Notes: generated by a model from the letters alone, not told the origin. A stretch of 64,000 nt of DNA from Clostridia bacterium (GCA_017503005.1 JAFVTW010000007.1:73798-137797); one strand, 5' to 3'; positions 20,401-29,959 are shown, counted from the first letter of the stretch. A program made the numbers and translations.

Positions 20401-23400
20401 ATAAAATAATTATTTAAATCTAAATATATATGTTCAGTAGTATTAGCTACAATATCTTGATAAGGCTTTGTCAATGAGATTGAACTTAAAACTGTAACAT
20501 GGTATACACCTGTTTCACAATCATTGAATGGAGGTTCAATTTCTATAACCTCAGTTGTATCTTCTGAAACATATTCTGCATAGAAAAATAAGTTTCCTTC
20601 AGCATCAGGATATGCTGAATATTTTTTCTCACCAGTTTTTTCATCTAAGAAATATATTGATGGAGTAGATCCAACTAAAGATCTTATTTTATATCTACAA
20701 TATAAACCTAACTTGCCATCTTCACCCATACTAACTTTTACAAGTTGGCTAGCAGTTTCACCTACAATGTTTTCATATTCGCCACTAATTCCATTATAAG
20801 AATATACTGGTATTCTTTGTTCACCATAATCCATAAGTAGGTTATATCCGCCATCATCGGAAGCAAAATCATTACCACCGCCCTCTACTTCGTATGAAAG
20901 TTTACCTGTACCATTTTCGACTAGAATTGAGGTAGAATCACCAGTCCTTAATTTTCTAGGAGAGTACAATTTGAAACCAACTTCGGTTTGAACAAGTTTA
21001 ATAATAATGCTTGTAGATTTTTGCTCAACAAATCTATCTGTACCTAATTTATATAGACTCAATGTACAGGTAGCTTGAATAGTAACACCACTAATTGTTC
21101 CCTTTAAGACATTAAGATTTGTTATTGATCTTTTACCTGATCCTGCTGGGGCTTCTGTTTGAATTATACTAATAAAGTTTTCTACAGGCTCACCTGTTCC
21201 ACCCTTTATAATTTCTAAATCCCAACTAACATCAACAGCATTTGCATTAGAGAAACTTAAATACTCTTTAATATAATCATTTACATATATAGATGTTCCC
21301 CAATTTTTATCAACTTTTGGTCCAAATGATTGAGAACCATCTTCCATATCAATTAGATTTTCAATATCAAAAGTATATTGTGTATCAATTGCAAACACAT
21401 CGGTTTGATTGTTTTCTAAGGTTTCAGCCTCTACCCAAGAAACAATAGGAACACCATCTTCACTTACTTCAAATACTTGAGGATACAATACATATTCTTC
21501 TTTTTGCGAAACATTAGCAAGAATTGATAAAGAATCAATTGATGAATAATTGACATACATGTTTACAGTTGATTTGTTTGAACTAAAGGAATCTTTTATC
21601 TCGCCAACACCATAAGCATTAAAGTCTGCTGTAGTTTTTTGATCTGAGTTAGCATTTTCACTAACCAATGCAATAACATTTATATCATAAAAGATATATT
21701 TTGGATTCAAAATTGTTGCAACATCGTATGTAAAATCTGATGAATCAGTTTTGAATTGAACCAAAGCTGAATTCATAGCTGTTTGCATAGCTACTTTTAT
21801 ATTTGTTTCATAATCTATAATTGTTTGATTAGCATATTCTGGATTTGTTTTATCCATATCACCTGTTTTAGTCAAATAATATGGAGATACATATAAATGA
21901 TAATCATTACCAGCTAACAACTGAACTGTGTCTTGCTCAGATGATCCAGCAGCTTGAACATTCCTTAATGAATAATTATTGTCTGTATTTACAGTGTAAA
22001 AATTTAATTTTTCTAAGTAATTTTCAATTGTAATAGAAATTTGGTTTGTTGATTCAGCAATGATTTGATAAATACCATTGTAGCCTTCTTCACCTTCACT
22101 TACACCATTACTATCAACTGGTCTACCATTGTAATCTGTTTTGATAACAGCGGCAAATATTTTTAAATCGTCACCATTTGTAATATTTAATGCTTCCAAA
22201 CATGTTTGGCCATTAAATTGATATGCTATTTCATAACCTTTTAAAGTTCCAGTACCATAAGGCATTGTCATTAATGCAGGTGTTTTATCATCATTGTTTA
22301 ATCTTACTTTGAAGAATGATGTATCAACTTTTTCAAACTTTGTTTTTGCACTTGTTTCTGTAACGAAATATCTAACAGTTGTATATGTAGGTGTTTGATC
22401 ATTTACACCCTTCAACTCATATCTAGTAGAATCAAGAATTTGACGATATGAATATCCGTTATAATCTTGCTTATTGATAATCATTTTACCGTCAATCATA
22501 TTTTCGCCATCAGTAAGCAATCTCAATTCTTGTACTTGAATTTCTTGAATTTCAATAGATACATCTACATATGGATCACCTTCTATACCCTCACTAGGAT
22601 TTGCTTCGGTAAATTCTTTAGTAGGAGAAGTTGGAATATAGAATCTCAAACGAGGGTTTTTGCTTCTCTCTGCAGACGAAATAGGATTGATAGCTCTAAT
22701 AGTCCAAATAGGTTCACTAGTAGATGATGGATTTTGAATTTCAAAATAATTGTTTATATCAAAACCATAAGGGCTTTCGCTACCCTCAGCTTTGTCACTA
22801 ATAGATAGCACTCTCAAATCACGATAACGATAAGCCAAATCGCTTTCATCAAACTCATCGTCTTGTGCTTGTAAAGATAAGCCAAATGTTGTTCTTAAAT
22901 CGTTAATGTCGTATTGTTCTAAAGCACCATGTAGATTATACTCTACTTTACTTTGTAGGTTTGTAACAACATTTTTAACTTCGATATCTTCAATATTAAA
23001 GCTTGTCTTGCTCTCTACATAGAAGTAGAAGAATGCAGCTTCTTCTGCATCACGGTTACCATCAACAATATTAATGTATGTATTACCATCAGCATCTGTT
23101 TTTGTAACACTTTCTATAAATGCAGCACCATTTTCAAATGTAACACGAGAAGGATTTTGTGGATCAACACAAGCTCTAGTATCAGCAATAATATAATCTT
23201 TGAATTCGTTTACATAATTACTTAGATCTTGATAGAACAATGCTCTGCCCGGACCGTCAAATACTAAATCTTCATTTAAATATTTAACATCATCTTTTGA
23301 AACATATTGATCTTGCATTGCATATGTTCTTAAAGTTTTAGCTGTAACCACTACAGGAATTTCTGGAGCTGTACTAGTAAGTGGTTTAGCTCTATATTCT

Positions 23401-24155
23401 ATGTATTTAACTTTTTGAAGTTTTGCACCTGTACATGTAGATAACAATGGATTTCCATCAGCATCTTTGAATGGTCCCATATGTCCATGAGCGATATAGT
23501 TTGGACAATAGAAACCTTCTTTTTGTGTACCTGTAGCATTTACTAATTGTAAAGCAGAAGGATCTGTACTTTTTAGTTGAATATCTTTATAATCCTCAGC
23601 AAGGTCCGGAACTAACCCTGTATTAGGATTGATTGCATTGATAGGATTTGTGAACACATACAAACCAAATTCATTTGTACCTGCATTGATTCGCATTTGA
23701 TCATCAACTGTATCGTGGTCAGAAGCGATAAGTAAACCGTTGTTAGGAATAGCAACATCAACCAACATTTGCAAGTTAGGAGATGTTACAACTAAGCTAG
23801 TCTTAGCTTGAATTTGAACTTCACCACCGATATTGTTATTATTAGCATCTTTTTTAACTTTAATAACAAATGGCTCGCCAGCCTTTACTGATTTTGGAAG
23901 TTCTACAATATTGTCTCCACCAGATGTTAGTATCTTTAGTTCAATATCTAACACATTTGCATTTTCGGGCAAAAAATTAACAGTTGCTGTATAGTCATCA
24001 ACAACCCTTGCTTTAGTAACCTCCCATGCAAGAGATTCTATTTTGATTTCTTCCTCACTAAATACACCAGTGATTGCAGCAATACCTACAGCTGCAGCAA
24101 GTAAGCCGAATAATCCAGCTAATGCTAAACCTAATATTTTGAAAAACTTCTTCAT
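14493..24155 (-). CDS. Giant (3220 aa) N-terminally anchored extracellular protein; putative surface adhesin/structural protein; no recognisable catalytic motifs, no LPXTG
   Basis: Single uninterrupted ORF; N-terminal signal/anchor MKKFFKILGLALAGLFGLLAAAVGIAAITGVF; Thr/Asn/Ser/Tyr/Asp-rich beta-type composition throughout; own promoter upstream. Confidence 0.8.
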   Translation of the reverse strand: MKKFFKILGLALAGLFGLLAAAVGIAAITGVFSEEEIKIESLAWEVTKARVVDDYTATVNFLPENANVLDIELKILTSGGDNIVELPKSVKAGEPFVIKVKKDANNNNIGGEVQIQAKTSLVVTSPNLQMLVDVAIPNNGLLIASDHDTVDDQMRINAGTNEFGLYVFTNPINAINPNTGLVPDLAEDYKDIQLKSTDPSALQLVNATGTQKEGFYCPNYIAHGHMGPFKDADGNPLLSTCTGAKLQKVKYIEYRAKPLTSTAPEIPVVVTAKTLRTYAMQDQYVSKDDVKYLNEDLVFDGPGRALFYQDLSNYVNEFKDYIIADTRACVDPQNPSRVTFENGAAFIESVTKTDADGNTYINIVDGNRDAEEAAFFYFYVESKTSFNIEDIEVKNVVTNLQSKVEYNLHGALEQYDINDLRTTFGLSLQAQDDEFDESDLAYRYRDLRVLSISDKAEGSESPYGFDINNYFEIQNPSSTSEPIWTIRAINPISSAERSKNPRLRFYIPTSPTKEFTEANPSEGIEGDPYVDVSIEIQEIQVQELRLLTDGENMIDGKMIINKQDYNGYSYRQILDSTRYELKGVNDQTPTYTTVRYFVTETSAKTKFEKVDTSFFKVRLNNDDKTPALMTMPYGTGTLKGYEIAYQFNGQTCLEALNITNGDDLKIFAAVIKTDYNGRPVDSNGVSEGEEGYNGIYQIIAESTNQISITIENYLEKLNFYTVNTDNNYSLRNVQAAGSSEQDTVQLLAGNDYHLYVSPYYLTKTGDMDKTNPEYANQTIIDYETNIKVAMQTAMNSALVQFKTDSSDFTYDVATILNPKYIFYDINVIALVSENANSDQKTTADFNAYGVGEIKDSFSSNKSTVNMYVNYSSIDSLSILANVSQKEEYVLYPQVFEVSEDGVPIVSWVEAETLENNQTDVFAIDTQYTFDIENLIDMEDGSQSFGPKVDKNWGTSIYVNDYIKEYLSFSNANAVDVSWDLEIIKGGTGEPVENFISIIQTEAPAGSGKRSITNLNVLKGTISGVTIQATCTLSLYKLGTDRFVEQKSTSIIIKLVQTEVGFKLYSPRKLRTGDSTSILVENGTGKLSYEVEGGGNDFASDDGGYNLLMDYGEQRIPVYSYNGISGEYENIVGETASQLVKVSMGEDGKLGLYCRYKIRSLVGSTPSIYFLDEKTGEKKYSAYPDAEGNLFFYAEYVSEDTTEVIEIEPPFNDCETGVYHVTVLSSISLTKPYQDIVANTTEHIYLDLNNYFIAKRDNERLITSFEITNRLGGNAFARMETIVPDGNKIKVLRPDGTIVEEAYTTKFIPHEVWTDKVVYLNMYYFVPQTINIDGTEETVYVKNLIQDEDINVIVKKGYEVENVVPANLNAETTTFKIKSGEIFNMFDTDSHVAVTTKNITSGFIKITNKYNMSVGVIDESQIGQYLSKLITLSYDVSALDAADLSIFNTLFDTVNSRNQIEFGNIITKSIASDITIPIKVLFKEGSNSVNGNYTATADPIFTFYVKIEASVDFYISDTIKPEGNDYITDAIEYEGFEVEGSQIGHTYSNINIDTDNDGVINLGEYRTTLFDVSKPYTENIISLRGTDNNELFNTMYKEFFLYKLVKVGDSPAEFIPVTTDDKVSILEIKSGNDLTGLVLNIKNAVNDVTHYKLAISTTINKYGETFDYYFTINPTYKLKINYPLVNEYEKVVAGTTVNLLENYINERDRIELYATFVLNEGEDPRDFIYSITKLNSTSYSLETSEISLAKTFEMTESGKPFKFEVISGSAHIENDCVVFDTITSAAQIEEVVVRVTLFNGVYVDYIFELYKQMTTPSFIAHSDIVEYADTEIDIYQYLELTSTPPESFKYVIKYVGPLKATVKGEEDVILNPAVLPEHSNIIIDYSGAEIRVKFEDTDEVTTVMFKVWTNYSVSGDDCVILSIKLHPNLQVSVNKAEDGSNKVTELVANTSQVIMSSGNDSWLKIANDRVDNISITVVKVDDVAYDMGPSSLTNNLGITISQDSAAKTYTFKTNNIGVARMLTFKIEKQTGTLTYSIELSVKLVPNINLNSSYIGTSTCEIKAASGNDQNKSKQVTLNDVQVDDGFVISPTDYFGSALKKNPGSNESNEIADFTINCYVLNNIGTKIQVSEADGVSGYGVTTESRIAINLSLEAINYTSKIYIDITVTWSNGVEAYNATLNLNIVPNIDTATESVSYSSAGSTKALKVLAGSKIEMNFAQNSPVVFTQNGQSATINAFQTLSTGGPSNANVIFKVENNKDDLYEFGHDGFKPYIQFKGVTKTEVVHVFYYLDLTGKRMGLWTENNSLKIDGKIDFIDFNNQIYFHYDDQNKNPNLYSEYDEKLANYARVISFEIVPSITSMEYKDSNNKHDTVEKVIDLTDQFKKIYAVDNSDPDNIKDYLTINNTEFTINSVNNHTVVLTNNNGVEVNGYKIVDLFTYSSVGYATFDAEEGKVNLNKALLYSAFDYSAVVKLGNFDTPWDSTSEMISITEPEEVKKYFFVDKPEGIIYFIPPKGASVTNSVWLEITITTIGDGDVEISNKVYFKYQYTGTQDTADSNVVQHIGNGTEIISVGYNGKVITDKAFTNINSQEYRDYLQTSIAVDTAGIDLNTGIMTYDLSKYFKFGYLLRTIETSSVPTSFDSTKNVQIVQKTVEGKTYAYYFYMLNEVSLNFDVDGDSSSYAKVENGQLIIYPYYINAENPSLDKFRTIKLNANAGNVLTKFEIEVYPIKVTQTFTHTPGLIDGTFDNSLTSSVPGVNITSNTVQMQQGSLTSAEYNEYKNWLWIDGGVYKFTPQKNLLMKPVEFVFENQIVLGSDLDTTIFTKTCRVQVDPTVGLYYNYEENGVQANSNTAGTAIYYTLVDNSATSLFNSKVFDYTESATVVTLRETSTEANYDAYVQLDGVSPGAEDTEYIIDGRTAKMTMISQQLLEPVILPYEITIEFDNNGDSYVLTKEFDLVINRNSGVFGFEESYTGLSNVVVKKDNAVSSAIISLPSSVLGGNVKKVGTGVIEYGVASGNFGFHGTSTLSTDQIRGYLDITDNIDINDGTINSITIDYTRLLTHTGSTITGMYKIELLIYYKKSAADTERVLVDSVVLESQIVTTYINYNFATKNVEKGTDYLVFAKTNEALFDTDMREPGKATSITLYLELDNETDKAFFAVTNETEPVEYGASGYLITNSNVTLRLAASAPASISAKLKIRITVGTITQDVVYEFILSVAQ

Positions 24156-24320
24156 TTGTCGCTCCGTATTTTTAAATTAAAGATAGTTTATTTATAACAA
24201 TAATATGTGCTACAAAACAAAAAATTATTTGTATAACACAGCATATGAAGTCGAGCTTAATCTCATATTTTTAAACAAAGTTTAAATACTACAAAATATG
24301 CACACTTCTCCATATAATAG

Positions 24321-24350
24321 ATTATAATATTTTATATAGAATATTGTCAA
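24321..24350 (-). promoter_or_regulatory. Sigma-A promoter for giant protein gene: -35 TTGACA (24350..24345), 18-nt spacer, -10 TATAAT (24326..24321), ~165-nt leader
   Basis: Exact consensus hexamers read on the minus strand inside the 287-bp intergenic region. Confidence 0.5.
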
Positions 24351-24408
24351 ACTTAAACAACAATAAAAGCCCTTATTAAAAACTTTTTTTAATATGTCGA
24401 AAAAACAA

Positions 24409-24441
24409 AAAAACAGCACTATATGCTGTTCTTTTTATTGT
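24409..24441 (-). terminator. Rho-independent terminator after the 1079-aa lipoprotein gene (stem aacagca/tgctgtt, loop ctata, followed by T7GT6 on minus strand)
   Basis: Perfect 7-bp inverted repeat 24422-24428/24434-24440 with long U-tract on transcribed strand. Confidence 0.65.
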
Positions 24442-24442
24442 A

Positions 24443-27400
24443 TTACATTTGATATTCATAGTTGCTAGAAACAGAAACTTCTGTTAAGTTGTTTGTTTCA
24501 TTAGTATAAAACATCAAATGTGTTTTATTTTCATCAAATTCGCCATCGAATTGATGTGAAATTGTAACATTTTGACCATCAACATAGTTGTTTGTATATA
24601 CCAAACCTGCAAATGTTAACGAAGTGCAACCTGAACTATTTTCTGTCACAATATTAAGTGTGATATTTTCAAAAGTTGGACAAGAATCATTGTCAATAAG
24701 CATTGTTTTATGCACTAAACCAGCAATTTGAACCTTGTTCTCTTGAGTGCAAGTGTAATTAATAGTTAAATCAACATCACTTAAACTACCATAATGAGTA
24801 ATAACCAATCCTGCAGCTTTAGTAAATCCAGATAGACTTAAATTGCCACAAACATCAGTAATTTCACCATAATTTTCGTTTGCAGCTCCGCTGATTTTGT
24901 ATGAATTAACACTAGTAGCATTTGTATCTAGTACAACAATAGAAGCATCGTCATACAAAATATTTGAAATTGTTCCCAAATTTGAATAAGCAATCAAGTT
25001 TAATTCAACATAGTCAGTTAATTCTTGATTATTAGTAATTGACAAAAAATAATCCCTAAAAGATACATTGTCTATCACTCCATTGTTGCTAATAGCCACC
25101 ATAGACAGACCATATTCTGCATTTGAAACAGCATCAACAACATCTATAGAATATTGACCAGAAACAACCAAGTTTTTAACAATAGCATTTTGTCCTAAAG
25201 TCAAAAATAATGGCCATTTTAGATTTGAAATTACTTTGTTATTAAAATCAATTTCTGCATTAAAATTTTTGCTGTTTTCTAGTGAAAATGTATCGAAATC
25301 TATATCAGAAGTGACTATATAGTTTTTGCCACTTTCAATATTACAGAAATCGCTTAATGAAGCGATTTGATACACTTCTTTGCTGTATGCCAAAATTGTA
25401 AATTCGTCTACTTTTTCGCCATTAATTCTAGCCTCAATAGTAGCAGTTCCCACACCTACAATATTAACATATTCACCATCAATTTTGGCAATATTTTCGT
25501 TAGTAGAAACAAAACTAATTGTATCGGTAAAAGCTATATTTTGATGTTGCAAAACCATAGAATATTCTGGTTTTATTTTGCACTCTTCAGCCACAAAAGT
25601 ATTCACTTTATACTCATTTTGCTCAAAATTGAAAGACAAAATTTTATTAACTAAAGTCACTTTTATAGTAAAAGAAACTGTCAAATCCATATATGAAACT
25701 TCAATCAAATACTCACCGGTTTCGTTAAACGAAAGCTTATTATTTGCCTCAAAAACTATACTTACACCATTAATTTTTACATCAAAATTGCAACCAGCTA
25801 AAGCAACATCATTGCTATACATACATGCTGCAAGATTAAACATAGCACCAAGTTCACATGTGTACATATTGCCATCTTTAATAGCACAGCCATTCAAGTA
25901 AACAACCATATGTGTAGGTATGTAAGTAATATTTATATTCACAATTTTCGAAACATTCCCACAGCTCAATGTTACACTAGATTTTCCACCAGATAAAGCC
26001 ATTATTTTGTTATCAACAACTTGAACATTATTGTTGTTTTTGCTAATAATCACATTAGTATTATAAGCACAAGATGGCACTACAGTTGGACAAATTGTAA
26101 CATTGTCTTTTTGAATATTATCTCCATTTAAATACAACTGAATATTATCTTCACATACAATTTCTCGAACCTCAAGTGGTTTAACATCTACAATATATTC
26201 TCTAGTAAATTTACCTTCATCGGCACTTTTAACAACAATTTTGCTTTGACCTAGTTTATTTGCAATAATTCTATTGCCATTTAATATGACGGAATCTCCT
26301 TCAATTGAATAACTTAGTGAAGTAGAATTTGTATATAAACCTCTAGCAGAAATATTTAAATCTGCATAAACTAACTCATTGTCTGCTATTGCACTATCTA
26401 GAAGCTCCAAATTTGGCAAATATAGAGTGTATACACCATTATCGTGTATCAACTCACTTTGATGTCTTAATGAGAAATTTATGTCCAAAATCGGGTTATA
26501 AACCCTATAAGATCTCTCACCATATACCGTTTTAGAAGAAACTAGTCCATTTACTGTTGTTACAGCATTAATTTTTACATTTCCTGCTTTTGTAAACTTA
26601 ACTTTATATTTGTTTTCATTTAAGTATTCAAAATTACAGTTGTCAAAAACCACTTTTGAGTAATCACTCAATTCAGTAGTTATTTCTAATATATATTCTG
26701 TATTGGTATAATATCCGTTTGAGTTGTTATTCTCATACAATTTAAAATCAATCTCAGCAGGTATTTTAACAATATTTACCTTGATAGATTTTGTTATATT
26801 CCCATCTACTTTTTGAGCAGAAATATTTATAATTGATTCACCTTCTACATTGCCTACCACAAAATTCTTGCCATTAAAGGAAATCAAATTGTTATTTGTA
26901 GATATAGTAGAATTCATATTGAAATCATTTGGCAATACAGTATAGTTCAATTCTCCAGAATCGCCAGTATATAGTGTGATTTCATCACTAATAGCTTTGT
27001 TGTTTAATGTAATGTTATCAATAGAATTAGCATATACATTGTTTGTTACACTAACATCAAAGCTAGAATAAATTGTTTTGTTTTCATCAGATTTTAGTTG
27101 AACACTTATTGTGCCAGTACCAACCCTGACAGGTGTCAAAACCCCTGTAATATAGTCATAATTTGCGACTTTATTATTATTTACATATGAAACAACAACA
27201 CCTTGATTATATGTCTCTGGGCTTATTATTAATTTGTTTATAGCAGTATCATTTATGTCGAATGTAATTGTTCTGTATTGAAAAGCAACATCTACAGCAA
27301 ATATTGGAGCTTTACTTATCTCACATATTAATGTGGCAGTCTTATATACTCCTTTATCGCCCAAAGCTCTAGCAACCAACTCAACTTCTCCTACATCTAA

Positions 27401-27682
27401 GAATGTAACAACATTACCATTTTTTACAGCTTTTGTTGTAGGTCTAAGTTCTATTGTTGGTGATATTTTAGCATTAGAAGGCAATATGTTTAATTCCAAA
27501 GTGCTAACATCTAATTTGTCACCTACTTTTACAGAAATTTTATGGTCTACAAAACTCATTTCTGTAATATAGATATCACTTCCTGATGTATTTAAATCAT
27601 TTCCTTTAGCACCATTACCTGTAGAGCAACCAAATACAAACAATGTACACATTAAAATAATAATATATTTTAGACTCTTCAT
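24443..27682 (-). CDS. Large surface lipoprotein (1079 aa) with multiple bacterial Ig-like (Big_2-type) domains
   Basis: Signal peptide + lipobox MKSLKYIIILMCTLFVFGCSTG; repeated segments of type VKVGDKLDVSTLELNILPSNAKISPTIEL / ITLYTGDSGELNYTVLPNDFN resemble Big_2 consensus. Confidence 0.7.
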   Translation of the reverse strand: MKSLKYIIILMCTLFVFGCSTGNGAKGNDLNTSGSDIYITEMSFVDHKISVKVGDKLDVSTLELNILPSNAKISPTIELRPTTKAVKNGNVVTFLDVGEVELVARALGDKGVYKTATLICEISKAPIFAVDVAFQYRTITFDINDTAINKLIISPETYNQGVVVSYVNNNKVANYDYITGVLTPVRVGTGTISVQLKSDENKTIYSSFDVSVTNNVYANSIDNITLNNKAISDEITLYTGDSGELNYTVLPNDFNMNSTISTNNNLISFNGKNFVVGNVEGESIINISAQKVDGNITKSIKVNIVKIPAEIDFKLYENNNSNGYYTNTEYILEITTELSDYSKVVFDNCNFEYLNENKYKVKFTKAGNVKINAVTTVNGLVSSKTVYGERSYRVYNPILDINFSLRHQSELIHDNGVYTLYLPNLELLDSAIADNELVYADLNISARGLYTNSTSLSYSIEGDSVILNGNRIIANKLGQSKIVVKSADEGKFTREYIVDVKPLEVREIVCEDNIQLYLNGDNIQKDNVTICPTVVPSCAYNTNVIISKNNNNVQVVDNKIMALSGGKSSVTLSCGNVSKIVNINITYIPTHMVVYLNGCAIKDGNMYTCELGAMFNLAACMYSNDVALAGCNFDVKINGVSIVFEANNKLSFNETGEYLIEVSYMDLTVSFTIKVTLVNKILSFNFEQNEYKVNTFVAEECKIKPEYSMVLQHQNIAFTDTISFVSTNENIAKIDGEYVNIVGVGTATIEARINGEKVDEFTILAYSKEVYQIASLSDFCNIESGKNYIVTSDIDFDTFSLENSKNFNAEIDFNNKVISNLKWPLFLTLGQNAIVKNLVVSGQYSIDVVDAVSNAEYGLSMVAISNNGVIDNVSFRDYFLSITNNQELTDYVELNLIAYSNLGTISNILYDDASIVVLDTNATSVNSYKISGAANENYGEITDVCGNLSLSGFTKAAGLVITHYGSLSDVDLTINYTCTQENKVQIAGLVHKTMLIDNDSCPTFENITLNIVTENSSGCTSLTFAGLVYTNNYVDGQNVTISHQFDGEFDENKTHLMFYTNETNNLTEVSVSSNYEYQM

Positions 27683-27746
27683 AGTCGTAATTGTTTTCTC
27701 CCTAAAATTAGTGTAAATTCCCTATAATTCGACAATTTTTTAGAGT

Positions 27747-27779
27747 AAAAAAAGGAGGCAAGAAAAATTCCTTACCTCT
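27747..27779 (-). terminator. Rho-independent terminator ending the ribosomal super-operon after rplQ (8-bp stem with one G-U wobble, then U7)
   Basis: gaggcaag(27755-62)/cttacctc(27771-78) inverted repeat; A7 on + strand equals U7 on transcript. Confidence 0.6.
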
Positions 27780-27804
27780 TTTTCTTATCGGTTAATATAA
27801 ATAA

Positions 27805-28308
27805 TTATACTAATTCAACAATAGCCATTAAAGCATTGTCACCGTTACGGGTGCCAAGTTTAATTACTCTTGTATAACCGCCGCCATTATTTAGTTCTTC
27901 TCTGCGTTTAGCATATTTTGGAGCATAAACGTTGAAGATTTTTTCGATTAATGGATGTTTGATGTCTTCTGTACGAGCAACAAAAGCAGCTTTTGACTCT
28001 TTTTCAGCTCTAACTTCTTGAATATCATACAATTTAGACATTAATTTTCTACGAGCAGCAAGTTTCTTAGGGCCATCATTGATTACTTCGCGATTAGAAG
28101 TAACACCTTTATCGCTAACAACTTTCTTTGTTACTTTAACGGTGTCTTCGTAAGAATTAATAGCTACAGTAAGAAGCTTTTCTGCATAAGCTTGAACATC
28201 TTTTGCTTTTTCTAGTGTTGTTTCAATTCTGCCATACCAAAGCAAATTTGTTGCCAAATTTTTCATTAAAGCCATTCTTTGGTCTGTAGGTCTTTGTAAC
28301 TTTCTCAT
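27805..28308 (-). CDS. rplQ: 50S ribosomal protein L17 (167 aa, longer than typical)
   Basis: MRKLQRPTDQRMALMKNLATNLLWYGRIETTLEKAKDVQAYAEKLL L17 signature. Confidence 0.9.
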   Translation of the reverse strand: MRKLQRPTDQRMALMKNLATNLLWYGRIETTLEKAKDVQAYAEKLLTVAINSYEDTVKVTKKVVSDKGVTSNREVINDGPKKLAARRKLMSKLYDIQEVRAEKESKAAFVARTEDIKHPLIEKIFNVYAPKYAKRREELNNGGGYTRVIKLGTRNGDNALMAIVELV

Positions 28309-28317
28309 TATATCCTC

Positions 28318-29271
28318 CTATTCTTCATCATTTCGTAAAGATAGCCCGTAACTTTGTAATTTTTCAGCTACCTCTTCAAGTGAACGCTTTCCTAAGTTTT
28401 TAACTTTTGCTAAATCGCTTTCAGATTTCTTAGTTAAATCTTCAACAGTGCAAATACCTGCTCTCTTCAAGCAGTTATAACTTCTTACTGAAAGGTCCAT
28501 ATCTTCAATAGTCATTTCTAGTACTTTAGTTTGTTTGTCTTCTTCACGGCTAACTAATGTTTCCATTTGAGCCATAGAATCTACTAATTCTACAAACAAA
28601 CCGATGTGGTCATTAACTAATTTAGCAGATAGAGAAATAACTTCTCTTGCTGTTAATGTACCGTTTGTTTCAACTTCAATAGTTAGTTTGTCATAGTCAA
28701 TATTTTGACCTACACGAGTATTACCTACAAAGTAGTTTACCTTTTTGATAGGTGTGAAAATACTGTCTACTGCAATATAACCGATTGGAGCTTCTTCATC
28801 TTTGTTTAAATCTGCAGGAACATATCCTCTGCCACGACCAACAAAAACTTCCATTTCAAACTTTGCACCATCGTCTAATGTAGCGATGTGTAAATCTGGG
28901 TTTAAAACTTCAACTAAATCGTTTGGTTCGAAATCAGCAGCTGTTACTTCACCTGCACCGTATTTGTTAATACGTAAAATTGTTTTGAAATCTAGACTTG
29001 TGTCTGTTGTTTTTAGAGCTAATTGTTTAATATTTAAAACAATATCAACAACATCTTCCATAACACCTTTTAAACTAGAAAATTCATGTTGAACACCGTT
29101 GATTTTGATACCAACAGCAGCTGCACCAGGAAGAGCTGAAAGTAAAACTCTTCTTAGGCAGTTACCAAGTGTAATACCGAAACCACGGTCAAGTGGTTCA
29201 ACAATAAAACGAGCAAAACATCCGTTATTGGTTTCTTCACAAGTAATTTTTGGCTTTTCGATTTCTATCAT
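28318..29271 (-). CDS. rpoA: DNA-directed RNA polymerase subunit alpha
   Basis: 317 aa; N-terminal dimerisation domain and C-terminal CTD motif SVRSYNCLKRAGI; conserved position between rpsD and rplQ. Confidence 0.93.
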   Translation of the reverse strand: MIEIEKPKITCEETNNGCFARFIVEPLDRGFGITLGNCLRRVLLSALPGAAAVGIKINGVQHEFSSLKGVMEDVVDIVLNIKQLALKTTDTSLDFKTILRINKYGAGEVTAADFEPNDLVEVLNPDLHIATLDDGAKFEMEVFVGRGRGYVPADLNKDEEAPIGYIAVDSIFTPIKKVNYFVGNTRVGQNIDYDKLTIEVETNGTLTAREVISLSAKLVNDHIGLFVELVDSMAQMETLVSREEDKQTKVLEMTIEDMDLSVRSYNCLKRAGICTVEDLTKKSESDLAKVKNLGKRSLEEVAEKLQSYGLSLRNDEE

Positions 29272-29338
29272 ACGAAAACTTCCTCACTTTGATAAAATTT
29301 AATTTTAAAAACAATCGTTTGTTGTTACAAACTAACTA

Positions 29339-29959
29339 TTACTTAGAGTACAACTCGATGATTAAGTGTTCTTGAATATTCAAGTCAATGTCGTCTCTTT
29401 GTGGTAATGCATTGATTTTACCAGCAAGTTTTGTGCTGTTAAATTCTAACCATTTAGGCATTACAACTTTAACATCTTTTAATTCCTTAAACATTGCTAA
29501 TTCACGCTTGTTTTCTTTGATTTCAATAACATCATCAACTTTAACTAAGAATGAAGGAATGTTAACATTTTTACCATTTACAGTAATATGACCATGGTTT
29601 ACGATTTGACGGCTTTCAGCACGAGATGCACCGATACCCATTCTGTAAACAACATTGTCTAATCTGCGTTCTAGTAGTGAAAGCATATTTTCACCAACTT
29701 TACCGCGCATTGTAGATGCTTTTTCGTAGTATCCACGGAATTGTTTTTCTTGTAAACCGTAAGCACGTTTTACTTTTTGTTTTTCTCTTAATTGTAAACC
29801 GTATTCAGTTAATTTCTTTCTAGCAGCACCATGAACACCAGGAACATTAGGTCTGCGTTCGAATGAACATTTTTTAGTTAAGCAACGTTCACCCTTTAAG
29901 AATAGTTTACAGCCTTCCCTACGACAAATTTTGCAATCTGCACCAGTATATTTTGCCAT
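29339..29959 (-). CDS. rpsD: 30S ribosomal protein S4
   Basis: MAKYTGADCKICRREG... Zn-finger type S4 N-terminus, 206 aa. Confidence 0.93.
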   Translation of the reverse strand: MAKYTGADCKICRREGCKLFLKGERCLTKKCSFERRPNVPGVHGAARKKLTEYGLQLREKQKVKRAYGLQEKQFRGYYEKASTMRGKVGENMLSLLERRLDNVVYRMGIGASRAESRQIVNHGHITVNGKNVNIPSFLVKVDDVIEIKENKRELAMFKELKDVKVVMPKWLEFNSTKLAGKINALPQRDDIDLNIQEHLIIELYSK

